DNA from: Methanobacteriota archaeon
GTDB lineage: Archaea > Halobacteriota > Bog-38 > Methanoflorentales > Methanoflorentaceae
Assembly: GCA_963720465.1 (NCBI GenBank)
Contig: OY970393.1
Coordinates: 1,248,001 to 1,312,000 of the forward strand
Length of the DNA: 64,000 nt
Direction: 5' to 3'
Below the pieces are notes generated by a model. That model was not told where the DNA came from and ran no database searches. It was given only the letters and a program-made list of their open reading frames with translations. Each line of letters begins with the position of its first letter. The stretch's first letter is position 1. Positions 32,576 through 43,743 of the stretch are shown one piece after another. Both the position numbers and the translations under genes were made by a program.

Positions 32576-33412
32576 CTACCTTTTGTGCAAATCCACGTAT
32601 ATCATATCTTCCGCAAGTTTCCAGAGCCGCTCCTGAACTGACTGATCGTATGTTAGTGCTGATGAACGAATTGGTTTCTGATCTTCGAAATATTGGCCTG
32701 ATACCCCATTAACTTCAGGATTTAATGCGAGATACAATGAGGTTCGTGCCCCGTCCTCTACAGATATTCCGGGGTAACCGGGGAATGCCATTTTGAGTAG
32801 TTTTGTATTGGTAACGCCGGGGTGAAGGCAGTTCGCGGTCAGCCCGGTCCCTTTTATCTTGCGCGCCAGGGTGTAGGTAAACGTGATATCAGCGAACTTC
32901 GAGAGGGCATAAGAGTTCCACGCTTCATAGTGCCTCTCCCCTTGGAGGTTGTCCCAGTCAATAGAGCGGACATCCTCATGGGCACTGGAAGCAACTGTGA
33001 CAATGCGGGAGGGTGCGCTTTTCAAAAGCAAGGGCAGAAGCAGACTGGTGAGAAGAAAAGGGGCGAGATAATTTACGGCAAAGGTCATCTCCACCCCGTA
33101 TGGCGTCAGCCGTCGTGTCTTCTCAAAGACGCCGGCATTGTTGATCAGCACGTCAAGCCGGGAATGGCGTGAGATGATATCCGCTGCCATTTTTTTTATC
33201 TGGTCCGGGTCTGATAGATCCGCGATAAGGAGATCCGGTTTCTCCTTGCCTGTCTTCTCTTTCAGTTCGTTCTGTACTTTCTGCCCCTTCTTTGAATTCC
33301 TGCTGTGAATGGTCACTTCAGCACCGCGGGAAAGGAGTTCAGCGGCTGTCGCCTTCCCGATACCGTCCGTAGAGCCAGTGACGAAAACAATTGGGCGTGC
33401 GATAGGGGGCAT
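32576..33412 (-). CDS. short-chain dehydrogenase/reductase (retinol-DH-like)
   Basis: VTGSTDGIG, LINNAG, YALSK, CLHPG. Confidence 0.92.
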   Translation of the reverse strand: MPPIARPIVFVTGSTDGIGKATAAELLSRGAEVTIHSRNSKKGQKVQNELKEKTGKEKPDLLIADLSDPDQIKKMAADIISRHSRLDVLINNAGVFEKTRRLTPYGVEMTFAVNYLAPFLLTSLLLPLLLKSAPSRIVTVASSAHEDVRSIDWDNLQGERHYEAWNSYALSKFADITFTYTLARKIKGTGLTANCLHPGVTNTKLLKMAFPGYPGISVEDGARTSLYLALNPEVNGVSGQYFEDQKPIRSSALTYDQSVQERLWKLAEDMIYVDLHKR

Positions 33413-33632
33413 ATTTCTGGAGGGGGGGATGAAACTTTCGGATATCGACGATTCGGCACATGCAGGTATTCTTTCACACAAATATTACTTCCTTGTACTA
33501 ATGTTGAACGCCTTCCTCAAAGCAGATCGTGATCCCCTATAAAGAACTAGCTGGTTTTTTAACGTAGAACAATTAACTTTCAAAGAGGTTTTCGCTTCTC
33601 TCAGGAAGCACAACATTAGGAGTTGCACTAGG

Positions 33633-34252
33633 ATAAAGTCATCGCTATCAACAGAAGCGCGCGCAAGGACGGCAACACTGCCATCCTAATTCGACACATG
33701 CTCGAGGAACTCGAAAACGAAGGCATTGAGACCGAACTGGTTCAGCTTGCCGGCAAAACGATCCGCGGCTGCACAGCGTGCATGAAATGCTTTGAAAACA
33801 GAGACCGGCGGTGCGTCTTCGACGACGATATAGTCAACGAATACATCGAGAAGATGGCCGCGGCTGACGGGATCATACTGGGTTCTCCAGTCTATTTCTC
33901 CGATGTGACGGCGGAGATGAAGGCGCTCGTCGATCGGGCAGGGTTCGTGTCCTTCGCAAACGACGGGCTCTTCACGCGCATGGGGGGGTCTGCCGTAGTC
34001 GCGCAGTGGCGGACGGGCGCAACTCACTCACTCGATACGCTGTATCACTTCCTGTTCAGCTAGGACATTATCATTCCTGGTCGTCCGACGGTCGGTGTCG
34101 GGAGAGAGGTCGGCGATGTGGACACTGACGACGAAGGTATCGCCGCAGCAAAGAATGAGGGCAGAAACATGGCGTGGGTTCTCGAAGCCGTAACAGCGAT
34201 GAGTCGCACTCTCTCGCTCAAGGGTTCGCTAAGATGCTTTCGTCGAAGATAG
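33633..34252 (+). pseudogene. iron-sulfur flavoprotein / NADPH-dependent FMN reductase
   Basis: KVIAINRSARKDGNT with a damaged start, CTACMKC-x7-C, GSPVYF; in-frame TAG at 34061-34063 followed by DIIIPG...GRNMAWVL. Confidence 0.85.
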
Positions 34253-34398
34253 AAAGCTAGATGCGGTCAGAAAATGCCTCTAAAAACGCTAAATCCTGCG
34301 TCTGATATAGACGGAGGAAAAAAGAAGCGCTGCCTCAATAAGGATGCGACGCTAAAGAGGATCACGTCGTTGCTTTTAGCAGTTTTAGCAGTAAGTGT

Positions 34399-34959
34399 CT
34401 AAAAGATATCTGCCGTGATAGCTTGCGTCGACCCATGCAGTTTTACGTCGTTTTCGCGTAGATCACCCGCCAAGGTGCCATGTATCGACTCTTTCTGCCC
34501 GCCTTTTGCGTGTGCGCCAAGTTCGTTGGCAATTGGCCCAAGCGCCTTTGCCTTTGAGACGACGTTATGCATCGTTTCGGTGAACTTGATTCCCTCTGAT
34601 GCGGAAATCTGATCCCAGTAGAGCCGTTCGGGATTGATGCCGATTGCTTGTAAATAGGCTTTGAGATAGGTCACGCGCATATCGCACGTGTAGTTCCCTT
34701 TCAGGTAATGGCAGTCCCCGAAGTGACAGCCGAGCACCATGACCATATCGGCGCCGGAAAGGAACGCTTTGACAATGAACAGCGGGTTTATTCGTCCCGT
34801 GCACATCACGCGAATAACGCGCGCGTTCGGCGGGTACTGCATGCGCGCGGTGCCCGCCCCATCCGCGCCCGCGTAGGAGCACCAGTTGCAGCAGAAGGTC
34901 AAGATACTAGGTTCCCATTGCCTCTCGTCCATTTCCGTAGCGTCTTCAGCTTGGCTCAT
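34399..34959 (-). CDS. mvhD: hydrogenase iron-sulfur subunit MvhD/FlpD
   Basis: [35 protein letters not shown]. Confidence 0.93.
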   Translation of the reverse strand: MSQAEDATEMDERQWEPSILTFCCNWCSYAGADGAGTARMQYPPNARVIRVMCTGRINPLFIVKAFLSGADMVMVLGCHFGDCHYLKGNYTCDMRVTYLKAYLQAIGINPERLYWDQISASEGIKFTETMHNVVSKAKALGPIANELGAHAKGGQKESIHGTLAGDLRENDVKLHGSTQAITADIF

Positions 34960-36125
34960 GCTTTCACCTCGGCAATTTTGGACAGAGGTATCGCGTCAGT
35001 CACCGACTGTCCCGGCACATAGCCGAGCGTCCCTTGAACCGATGACTGCACCATATGGGTGATGGTAGCAAGCGGGATTCCCACCGCGCACACGTCTTGG
35101 CACTGACCACAGTTCACGCACGACGGACTCACGTGCATCAATCGCGTAAGGTGGAACATCGGGTCAGGCGGCACCGTGTCTTTCGGCACCACGAACTCTT
35201 GGTTCGTAAAGCACTCAACACACGAGCATATCGGGCACACATCGATACAGTCGCGACAGCCATTGCACTTATCAAACTGGGCAAAGAGTGTCTCAAACTT
35301 GTGTTCTCCGTCAAATTGGGCAAATTGCGTCGCCATGGCTTTGCGTGCCATCTTCACCATGATGCCGTCCAGCTTCTCGCGTAGGGCTATACCTTGCGGC
35401 GGTGCGTCTTTAAGCGTGATCGCGCCCGCTGCAATCGCTGTATCGAGGAGCTTTTGCCCCTTTTCCGTGCGCACTTCGACAAACGTGGCTTTTCCTGCGT
35501 CGTCACCGATGACGCCCCAGTTGCCGCACGCCAGATCGGCCATGCGCGGGATGTTATATTCGCACCGTTGGCAGTTCGTGCGACGGCCGTAGCCCTCGGC
35601 TTCCAAGTCATCGATGGAGAGCTCTTTGCGTTGGCCGTCCTTGGTTACGATGATAAGCTTTCCCTTATCGATCTCCTCTTTTACCACGTCCTCGGGATCA
35701 ATCTCGAAGAACTGTCGAATCATCTCACGCGCCCGCTCGGGTAACATCGTCCCGCCGCAGTTCACGCCGATCATATAGACGTTGTCGAGATCGATCTGAT
35801 TACGTTTGCTCAACTCGATAATGGCACGCGCGTCGCACGGCTTACACGTCACCGCAATGCGCAAATCACGCGCACCATTGAAATCATTCTTTATCAATTT
35901 CGCGCTCAGCGTTGGGGCGCAGTGCAAAGAGCCAGCAGCTTCCGTTATCTGCTCTTTGGTAGTCGCAAAATAAGGAGCACCATCATAGATGCTTTCTCCT
36001 CTTTTGATGACCAGGGCTCCGTCGACTAACTTCTGCTCCACCGCGGCTATGAGCACAGCGGTAATCACGCCGCCGCATTCTCCCTGTTCTTGTACTAGCT
36101 TATCTGTCGCTCTTCCGTAATACAT
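34956..36125 (-). CDS. fdhB: F420-dependent formate dehydrogenase beta-subunit-like (FrhB/FdhB family)
   Basis: [49 protein letters not shown], two C-terminal ferredoxin motifs. Confidence 0.88.
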   Translation of the reverse strand: MYYGRATDKLVQEQGECGGVITAVLIAAVEQKLVDGALVIKRGESIYDGAPYFATTKEQITEAAGSLHCAPTLSAKLIKNDFNGARDLRIAVTCKPCDARAIIELSKRNQIDLDNVYMIGVNCGGTMLPERAREMIRQFFEIDPEDVVKEEIDKGKLIIVTKDGQRKELSIDDLEAEGYGRRTNCQRCEYNIPRMADLACGNWGVIGDDAGKATFVEVRTEKGQKLLDTAIAAGAITLKDAPPQGIALREKLDGIMVKMARKAMATQFAQFDGEHKFETLFAQFDKCNGCRDCIDVCPICSCVECFTNQEFVVPKDTVPPDPMFHLTRLMHVSPSCVNCGQCQDVCAVGIPLATITHMVQSSVQGTLGYVPGQSVTDAIPLSKIAEVKA

Positions 36126-36279
36126 ATGAGTCGCCTAATTTAATCAGAAATTATATATAATAATATTTATATAATTAGATGCTTTAAAGCTTTTCGATGC
36201 CAACGTATCGCACTATGAGCTTTTTACAAAAATTTAAAACGCGTAATAGTCAGAAGCGTTGGGAAGCGCTATGTTTTTT

Positions 36280-37272
36280 TCAAACCTTTTTCTCAACAGG
36301 CAGCACGGATTTGGACCCTACATTACTATGTGCGCGAGGCCATTGACTCTCGAAGAGCTGTGTGCTCAGGTATCGCTCGCCAGTATCGGGAAGTATTACC
36401 ACTATTAGCTTGCCGTTGTGTTCAGGTCTTGCGGCAACCTTCAAAGCAGCCCATGTCGCAGCGCCACTCGATATTCCCACCACCAATCCTTCCTCTTTGG
36501 CTAGTCTGCGAGATGTAGCGAACGCATCTTCATTAGTTACCGGTATGACCTCATCAATCAGATCTAGCCGCAGAATATCCGGAATAAAGCCTGCACCGAT
36601 TCCTTGTATCTTGTGAGGTCCCGGCTTTCCGCCCTCCAGAACAGGGGACGCGGCAGGCTCGACGGCAATAGCTTTAAAGCCGCTCTTGCGGGACTTTATC
36701 ATATCAGCAATGCCCGTGATCGTTCCGCCCGTGCCCACACCTGCCACTACTATGTCGACCTTGCCGTCCGTATCGCGCCATATTTCCTCGGCAGTAGTCT
36801 TCTTGTGAATCTCTGGATTGGAAGGATTCCTAAACTGTTGGAGCATGTAATAGCCGCTCGGGTTCTTGGCCAGCATATCTTCTGCAGTTGCGATTGCCCC
36901 TTTCATTCCCAAAGGGCCTGGAGTTAGCACCAAGTCCGCTCCGAGCGCTTTGAGAAGCTTGCGCCGTTCGATCGACATCGTCTCAGGCATAACCAGAACA
37001 AGCTTGTAGCACTTAGCAGCGCAGACGAAGGCCAGAGCTATGCCGGTATTTCCACTCGTCGGCTCGAGGATGATGGTGTCATCTTTAATACGCCCCGCTT
37101 TTTCAGCAGCCCCGATCATGGCCACTCCTATTCGGTCTTTAAGGCTTCCTAGGGGGTTGAAGTACTCAACCTTGGCAACGACGGTTGCATCCAGGCCCTT
37201 TGTAACTCTATTCAATCTGACTAGAGGCGTGTTGCCAATGGTCTCAGTGAGATCTTCGCAGATCTTTGCCAT
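36280..37272 (-). CDS. cysK: cysteine synthase A (O-acetylserine sulfhydrylase)
   Basis: IGNTPLV, SLKDRIG (PLP Lys), [25 protein letters not shown]. Confidence 0.95.
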   Translation of the reverse strand: MAKICEDLTETIGNTPLVRLNRVTKGLDATVVAKVEYFNPLGSLKDRIGVAMIGAAEKAGRIKDDTIILEPTSGNTGIALAFVCAAKCYKLVLVMPETMSIERRKLLKALGADLVLTPGPLGMKGAIATAEDMLAKNPSGYYMLQQFRNPSNPEIHKKTTAEEIWRDTDGKVDIVVAGVGTGGTITGIADMIKSRKSGFKAIAVEPAASPVLEGGKPGPHKIQGIGAGFIPDILRLDLIDEVIPVTNEDAFATSRRLAKEEGLVVGISSGAATWAALKVAARPEHNGKLIVVILPDTGERYLSTQLFESQWPRAHSNVGSKSVLPVEKKV

Positions 37273-37480
37273 AAATTACCCTTTTTTGTGAATATGCAAG
37301 GAAGGATCGAGCAGGCTTTGCTTCTTGCTTGTATTCTCTCACCATTTGTTAAAAAGATAAACGTCCGTATGATCTTTCGGGAACGGAATGTGTCCCGACT
37401 AATCGAGCACTTCTTCAAAAATCTTTCGGCAGCCAGCTCACCCAAAATCGCTTTAAACGCACAATAGATTATGCAACAGC

Positions 37481-38158
37481 GTGAACGAATCCGGGAAAGG
37501 AAGTCCTGCGAAACTCTTCTGGGTCGTCATACTCCTGATTGTTCTTTACGCAGCACTTGACATCCTGGCCCAGAGCCTGCCGCCCTATTACAGCCCTGTA
37601 CGCCAGCCCGAAAGCGACTTTGCGGTCGGCACGTTCGGCTTTATTATGACCCTCAACTTCTTGAACCGAGGCGTACTTTCACTCGTGTTCATTTTCGCGT
37701 TTCTCGAAACGTTAGACCGTGCCGGGGTTTCAAGGTCGCATTTTCTGACCGGCATATATTTGCTCGCCGTGTGGGCAATTGGAGCGATATTGCTCGCACT
37801 ATTTCGGACCGACGTTCCGGCCACGCCTGTTTCGTGGCACGGTGCAATTCATCTTGTCGTTGCAGTGGTCGCATTCATTGGCGGTGCATTCGGAACCGTT
37901 GCCATTTCTCGAAACATAAGGCACTATCACGCGCTCGAAGGCTTGAACCACGTGGCGTTACCCACGGCTGTCTTTGTGATGATTTGTTTTGTAGCTCAGG
38001 TCGTTGTGCTTTTTGCACCTGCATTAAACGCACAAATCGGCGGGCTCATTGAACGGATATTTCTCGGTTCCGTCCTTCTCTGGATCGGGCTTGTTTCAGC
38101 ATATTGGGCGACGCACGTGCCAGTGCTAGATCTAGAGCCAGATCGACGAATAACGTGA
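37481..38158 (+). CDS. DUF998-like membrane protein
   Basis: YSPVRQPESDFAVG, FRTD...HGAIH, GLIERIF; multiple TM helices. Confidence 0.7.
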   Translation: MNESGKGSPAKLFWVVILLIVLYAALDILAQSLPPYYSPVRQPESDFAVGTFGFIMTLNFLNRGVLSLVFIFAFLETLDRAGVSRSHFLTGIYLLAVWAIGAILLALFRTDVPATPVSWHGAIHLVVAVVAFIGGAFGTVAISRNIRHYHALEGLNHVALPTAVFVMICFVAQVVVLFAPALNAQIGGLIERIFLGSVLLWIGLVSAYWATHVPVLDLEPDRRIT

Positions 38159-38252
38159 AGTGCTCACATTTTTCTGGCAGTAACAAGATACTCGCCCAGT
38201 CATTCGCGGACAATCGCAGCGGTTACGGCTGCAGCCTTAAGGTCTTTCATTT

Positions 38253-38530
38253 ATGTCAGCTATCAACGTTGATACCAACTTCTCTGCTGACGTCGCTTTG
38301 CCGAAAAGCGAGTTGCTGGAGATCCATCGAAGCAAAATCGGGCTGTATCGCTCGAAAGCAGGATACAACTATCCTACGATTCGGCTGCCTCACAAACTCC
38401 ACAAGCTCGCAGGGTTGCCAGTTAGAACCTACCAGGCTGTTCACGAAGGGGCGCTAGCCTTTCTGTCGTCATCTCGTCCACACAAGATGTCTCAAAAAGT
38501 TCCGAATCCCCCGTCTTCACACGGCGTTAA
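38253..38530 (+). CDS. small YxxPxIRLP-family protein, copy A2, ending in the tRNA-Val anticodon arm
   Basis: SKIGLYRSKAGYNYPTIRLPHKLHKLAGLPVRTYQAVHEGALAFL; after a 1-nt slip VVISSTQDVSKSSESPVFTRR*. Confidence 0.65.
38504..38526 (+). repeat. direct repeat of 29956..29978 (att-core-like, tRNA-Val anticodon arm)
   Basis: GAATCCCCCGTCTTCACACGGCG vs GAATCCTCCGTCTTCACACGGCG, 22/23 identical. Confidence 0.85.
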
Positions 38531-39040
38531 TTTAGACGATTAAAACTCTCTGGAACTCCCTGCTGACTGAGGGTCATTAGGGATGTTATTTCTAATAGCG
38601 ATCTATCCCGTGCCTTTCAGTATTCTGAAGCATTTCGGACATCCATGATAATTTGATTCTAATTAGTAACTATCTTATCATACGCCTTTTTCTGACGAAA
38701 AATGAATCGGCTTGACAGCGTAATGCGGCCGCTCTTTTGCGGCGTGATCGCTCGAAAAACAAGGGAGTTATCAGAACTACCTTAACGTGTGCGTCGCACC
38801 TTTTCACATTGAGATAAAAACCGTCTAAACGGTCGGCATCTTCCCTTCTTTTTTTCATAATCCTAGCTGATAACACGATGATATTGAATAATCGTAACAC
38901 TTTAGCCGCTTTCGCCCACTGACCGCGACCTGGAAAATCACGGAGAAGATCTCGTTTCGTTTAAGCCCATTTAACCTGCCTTTTACCGGCAGTTTTTCAA
39001 AGATTGCGCACCTTGCGCAATTCCGACAAAAACAGAAGCG

Positions 39041-39853
39041 CTAAGTTATTTCCCCGTTTATTGAAATCGTGTAATCTTTTATTATTATGTTCTTTTGGGC
39101 TTTTTCAAGGGCCTTTTGGACCATCATCTCAATACCTGAGCAGCACGGAACTTCCATATGCACGATGGAAATCGATTTTATTTCGTGTTTCTTGAAGATT
39201 TCAGATAATTTATCCAGGTATTCCTCTATTGTCCTATCTAGTTTGGGGCAGAGAATTATCAAAACCTTACTCTTTAAGAATCGCTGATGGAAATTAGCGT
39301 AGGCAAATGGGGCGCAATCGGCCGCCAACAAAAGATCAGCGCTTTTCAGGTAAGGTGCGTTGGGGTTTAAAAGCTGTAACTCTATGGGCCAGTTTCAGAG
39401 TTCTGAAGTTGATATCACCTTTTCATGAGGCTGGTTGTCAGATTTACGTAAATCCAGCGTCATTGAACCGGGACAACCGCAGGCCATTGGTTCTTCTTCA
39501 TAATCCGGAATTTCAATGTTGTTTTCCTTTAGAAAATCAAGGGCTTCATTTAAAAGATCCTCTTGGCCATGCCCTTTAAGATGTCTCAGGTGGGCTTTTA
39601 TGACATTAGGTCCTGCTTTTGCGATATTGCCCATAACCGTGTGTTCATCATAGGGTTCGGCTTCTCTTGTTTCAATCTCTATAGCGCCCTCCGGGCAATC
39701 TCCAATGCAAGCCCCTAAACCATCACAGAATAAATCACTGACAACTCTGGCCTTCCCATCAATTAATTGTAAGGCACGTTCAGGACATCCAGTAACGCAA
39801 CTGCCACAACCAGTGCATTTCTCTTCATTAATTCGGATGATATCTCTTTTCAT
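39041..39853 (-). pseudogene. 4Fe-4S ferredoxin-domain iron-sulfur protein with in-frame TGA
   Basis: CTGCGSCVTGC, CDGLGACIGDCP, CGCPG, then SEL*NWPIEL...LAADC...CPKLD...MEVPCC in the same frame; TGA at 39395-39397. Confidence 0.85.
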
Positions 39854-39875
39854 GATTATTCGCCCATATCCGGTT

Positions 39876-40095
39876 GATTTCCCTGCCGTCCTTTTTGGGA
39901 AGGCTCAAATCGAGGATAATGAGATCGGGACACGATGCGTCTTTATGTCTTGTCGCTGGTACAGGAAGTCCTTTGCCGCTTCGCGTCGGTCACAACATTG
40001 AATGTGTTGGTGACTTAGTAGTCTTTAAACGCCTCCCGCGTCATGCTCATGTCGACCGGATTATCTTTTGCGAGAAGAATTTCAAGCCGTTGATA
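39876..40095 (-). pseudogene. response regulator (Rcp1-like) remnant
   Basis: LEILLAKDNPVDMSMTREAFKDY*...PDLIILDLSLPKKDGREI, with stops and slips. Confidence 0.7.
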
Positions 40096-40177
40096 TTAAG
40101 TGAATTAGTCTTAGTCAGCATCTCTGCTTAGGCTACGCCATCGGCTTAGCTGCAAGGAAGGTCAGTGAATAACCGCG

Positions 40178-40573
40178 CTATTTCCACTCCCACACTTTTG
40201 TGGTTCCTGTGCCCTCTGCCTGATCATGGTCGCTTTCAAAGACCCCCACGACCGCATTCAAGCGTTTAAACGTTGCTGACCCTGTCTGAAAGAGTGCGAT
40301 TCCACGCTCGCTAAGCACCGGACCCGTGACACCGACAACGTATATAGTTTTGACAGTCACAAAGTCCCCGGCTGGCGTCATGATCAGGCCGCCGCCCTCC
40401 CCGCGGAGAGTTGAGCCTCCACCCGGCGTCGCCGTCCGCGTGGTAGTGAGGGTACATTCAATGCCCAAAAGGGTGCCTTTTCCTTGTACGGACAGCTCAA
40501 TGGTGCCGTTTTCATCGAGGACGTGCGTACCGATCGTTTTTTCCTGCGTTTCGAAAATAAGGTCACCTAACAT
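40178..40573 (-). CDS. conserved hypothetical protein (ends WEWK)
   Basis: SD GAGGT; beta-rich 131 aa with FQTGS...LNAVVGVFE...VWEWK. Confidence 0.7.
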   Translation of the reverse strand: MLGDLIFETQEKTIGTHVLDENGTIELSVQGKGTLLGIECTLTTTRTATPGGGSTLRGEGGGLIMTPAGDFVTVKTIYVVGVTGPVLSERGIALFQTGSATFKRLNAVVGVFESDHDQAEGTGTTKVWEWK

Positions 40574-41054
40574 TTTGATTACCTCGTGAATTTATTCGCG
40601 TTACTGACTCAAGTTTGTGCAACAAAACCCTATACTCTAGGAAGAATCAGACCCTGCCTGTCCAACTATAGAGCGCCACTAAGTGACGAAAGTGGCGATG
40701 GTACGACTCCCCGTTTGTTTTGTCTGAGCCAGGGAAAGGCATTTTTCGATCGCAAATTCATTTCGTTCAAATGTAAGCTAGATCAGAGCCGTAATTTTTT
40801 GAACTGCTCACGCAGTCGACTGCGTAACGCCTTTCGCTTAGGCTCCGCGAGCTCTCTAATCCATTCTGTTCCAGGCTTGGCGCAGAAGAGTTCTGACTAA
40901 CGCAATAACGCTACGTGTCGGCACGCAAAACGCAGCTGTCTGCAAGATGTTCGAGCAAGAGCGCCCCAAGGTTCGAGTCCGTCACGGTTAAGCTGTGAGC
41001 ATGACTTCCCGCCACGAGAAGTGGTACGCACGAATCGAAAGGAGCTCGCGTGGA

Positions 41055-43562
41055 TTATTCGCTGTGCACTCCTGTCGGCTGTTTATATTGCGCAGGCTGC
41101 CTGCTCCTCCTGTCTAACACCTTGTAAAACTGGACCTTTACGAAATCTGTGAATACTAAATCTGCCAAGAGTGAATATCCCCAGACAGCTAACGCACTAG
41201 CCCATCCGATCGGTGCAACAAAGATCCCGTACACCACAATAAGCGTCGCTACAAATTGCGTGCCGAGCACGGCGGCGATCAAGATGTTAGCAGGACGAAA
41301 AGACCAAAAATGATCGCGCGTGCGGGCAACGAAGATCATGAAATGGCCCGCGATGGATAGTTTCAAGTACATTATTGACTGGACGACTGCTGGGCTCAAG
41401 GCGAAGAAGCGTTCGACGATAACCAAGAGGCCAAAGGTGGCCGTGACACCAAGAACCCCTAAGAGCGTTGCCACGCTTAATATGGTTCGCATATCCCACG
41501 CTTCGGCTGTTTGTGAATAGCGTGCGCGATCGTATGCGATGCTCAGTATTGCGCCATCATTGAGCAGGGCCAGTAACACAATCATAATCGCCGTTACGGG
41601 GTAGAAGTTGAACACGATGATTGACAGCGTAATAAAAGTCAGTACGCGGAAGGTCTCTCCGATCCGATAGATGGAATAACTGGTCATCCGCTGGAAAATC
41701 CTGCGACTCTCTTTGATGGAATCAATGATAACTGACAATCCAGGACTAGTAAAAACGATGGCAGCGGCTGACTTCGCCGCGTCGGTCGCCCCCGCAACCG
41801 CAATGCCAGCATCTGCCTTCTTTAAGGCGGGGGCATCGTTGACCCCATCCCCGGTCATGCCAACTATATGCCCTCTCGCTTGAAGCAGTTCAACGATCCG
41901 GTACTTATGTTCAGGAAAAACTTGAGCAAATCCGTCCGCGTTTTCGATCACTTCCTCTGCTTCTGTGTCGGTTTTGTCAGCGAACGATGTGGCGTCAATA
42001 ATGTTTGTTCCTAGATGGACTTCGGACGCGATTTGTTTGGCAATCGCAGTGTGATCTCCAGTTACCATTTTGACGTCGACGCCCATAGACTGAGCCGTTT
42101 GAATGGTTTCTGCCGAATCTTCCCAAGGGGGGTCATACAGTGCAATGAGTCCGACATATTGCCAGTTGCCCTGCTGATCCGTCTTGGCAACTCCAAGGGC
42201 CCGAAAGCCCTTCGTAGCAAAAGAGTCCACCACTGTGTTTACCGAAGCTGCTTCCTCTCCCTTTGAGGAGGTCAACGCGAGGATCGCTTGCGGTGCACCT
42301 TTAGCTACCTTAAAATCGGAGCCATCAGCTGCTTCCACTCGTGCCTCGGTTCTTTTTGTCACAGGATCAAATGAAGTAAAAGCCGCCGTTTTGAACGGCG
42401 CCGCTCGGGCGTCAATTAAATGCATATCTTCAGCTCTTGCAATGATGGCATTGTCGATGGGGTCCTCATCCTCCTTCCGAGAGGCGAGAGTGCCAAAGAG
42501 CACCACCTCCTCGTCGGTAAAGCGCCCAAGCGGACGCACATCAGCGAGTGTAAGGTCATTTTTCGTTATCGTACCGGTCTTATCCGAACATAAAACATCC
42601 ATCCCGGCCATCTCTTCAATGGCAACGAGTTTGCTCACGATTGCATCTTTTTTCGCTAGCGCGATGGCGCCGACGGCCATGGTAACTGAAAGCACTGCCG
42701 GAAGGGCAACCGGTATGGCCGCGACCGTAAGCACCAGCGCAAATTGCAAGATCTCTAAAAGACTTTCTTGCCGAATCAGGGCAATGACCACGATGAGGGC
42801 TGCGAGCGCGATGGCAATCGCTATCAAATAATCGCCAATTCTGATGACGGCTTTCTGAAAATGGCTCTCAGTTTTAGCCTCTTCAACCAATCGGGCAGTC
42901 GTTCCAAAATATGTCGCCATTCCCGTGGCAACAACAAGGGCGTCCATCTCTCCTTGTTGAACAACCGACCCTGAGTACGCCACGTCTGAAGCGTGCTTTT
43001 CCACGGGAAGCGACTCTCCTGTCAATCCAGATTCGTCGAGGAGGAGGTAATCGCCTTTCGTGAGTTTGACATCCGCTGGTACGACGTCTCCTAAACGCAC
43101 GCGGATTATATCGCCCGGTACCAGTTCTCGGGCGGCAACCGTAATCCATGAGCCGTCGCGCAGCACTCGCGCGCTCACCGCAAGCTTCCGCTTCAGCAGC
43201 TCAATAGCGTTTGCAGCCTTGTTCTCTTGCCAAAACCCGACGATCGCGTTGAGGAGGAGGAGCGCCAAAATGATGAAGAAGTCGTCGTAGTGCTGGATGA
43301 TCGCTGAAAGGATTATAGCAACCTCTATCATCCACGGGATAGGGCCCCAAAAATAGGTCAAAAACTTCGCAAGCGGATTAGCCCGCTTTTCGGTGATCTC
43401 GTTCGGACCGTGCGAATCTAATCGCCGGGATGCGTCGGCTGCCGACAGGCCGTTGTCGCGTGACGAGAGCCGCTGCAACAGCTCAGCTATGCTGGCCTCT
43501 TGCGCGAGGTCTGCAGATATTACGCCCTCTGAACTGTCGTCGGACAGAACATCCCTAGTCAT
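41055..43562 (-). CDS. plasma-membrane proton-efflux P-type ATPase (type IIIA)
   Basis: FWGPIPWMIE, TGES, IPVALP, CSDKTGT, KGAP, MVTGD, TGDGVNDAPALK, LNDGAI. Confidence 0.93.
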   Translation of the reverse strand: MTRDVLSDDSSEGVISADLAQEASIAELLQRLSSRDNGLSAADASRRLDSHGPNEITEKRANPLAKFLTYFWGPIPWMIEVAIILSAIIQHYDDFFIILALLLLNAIVGFWQENKAANAIELLKRKLAVSARVLRDGSWITVAARELVPGDIIRVRLGDVVPADVKLTKGDYLLLDESGLTGESLPVEKHASDVAYSGSVVQQGEMDALVVATGMATYFGTTARLVEEAKTESHFQKAVIRIGDYLIAIAIALAALIVVIALIRQESLLEILQFALVLTVAAIPVALPAVLSVTMAVGAIALAKKDAIVSKLVAIEEMAGMDVLCSDKTGTITKNDLTLADVRPLGRFTDEEVVLFGTLASRKEDEDPIDNAIIARAEDMHLIDARAAPFKTAAFTSFDPVTKRTEARVEAADGSDFKVAKGAPQAILALTSSKGEEAASVNTVVDSFATKGFRALGVAKTDQQGNWQYVGLIALYDPPWEDSAETIQTAQSMGVDVKMVTGDHTAIAKQIASEVHLGTNIIDATSFADKTDTEAEEVIENADGFAQVFPEHKYRIVELLQARGHIVGMTGDGVNDAPALKKADAGIAVAGATDAAKSAAAIVFTSPGLSVIIDSIKESRRIFQRMTSYSIYRIGETFRVLTFITLSIIVFNFYPVTAIMIVLLALLNDGAILSIAYDRARYSQTAEAWDMRTILSVATLLGVLGVTATFGLLVIVERFFALSPAVVQSIMYLKLSIAGHFMIFVARTRDHFWSFRPANILIAAVLGTQFVATLIVVYGIFVAPIGWASALAVWGYSLLADLVFTDFVKVQFYKVLDRRSRQPAQYKQPTGVHSE

Positions 43563-43743
43563 TCGGCTGCTTGCTTCGACGCCGTTTTGTATACTATGGG
43601 GGCTCCACCTCCTTGTTAATATTATTCTACGAAATGAGGCTTAAAACGGGGGTTTTTTCATGAATTGCAAGCTGAAGCGTTAAATATTTGTCAGGAAGCC
43701 ATGTATGGGCCGCACAAAGTGTGCGACCCAATAGGCACGGCTT

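Noticed and set aside
39395-39397. Selenocysteine TGA in the Fe-S protein
   Set aside because: The position corresponds to the SELR-x-WP motif (Arg, CGA to TGA), not a Cys. mvhD here also uses plain Cys.
40965-40990. GGTTCGAGTCC T-loop-like motif
   Set aside because: Only 2 bp of T-stem pairing and no anticodon or acceptor arms.
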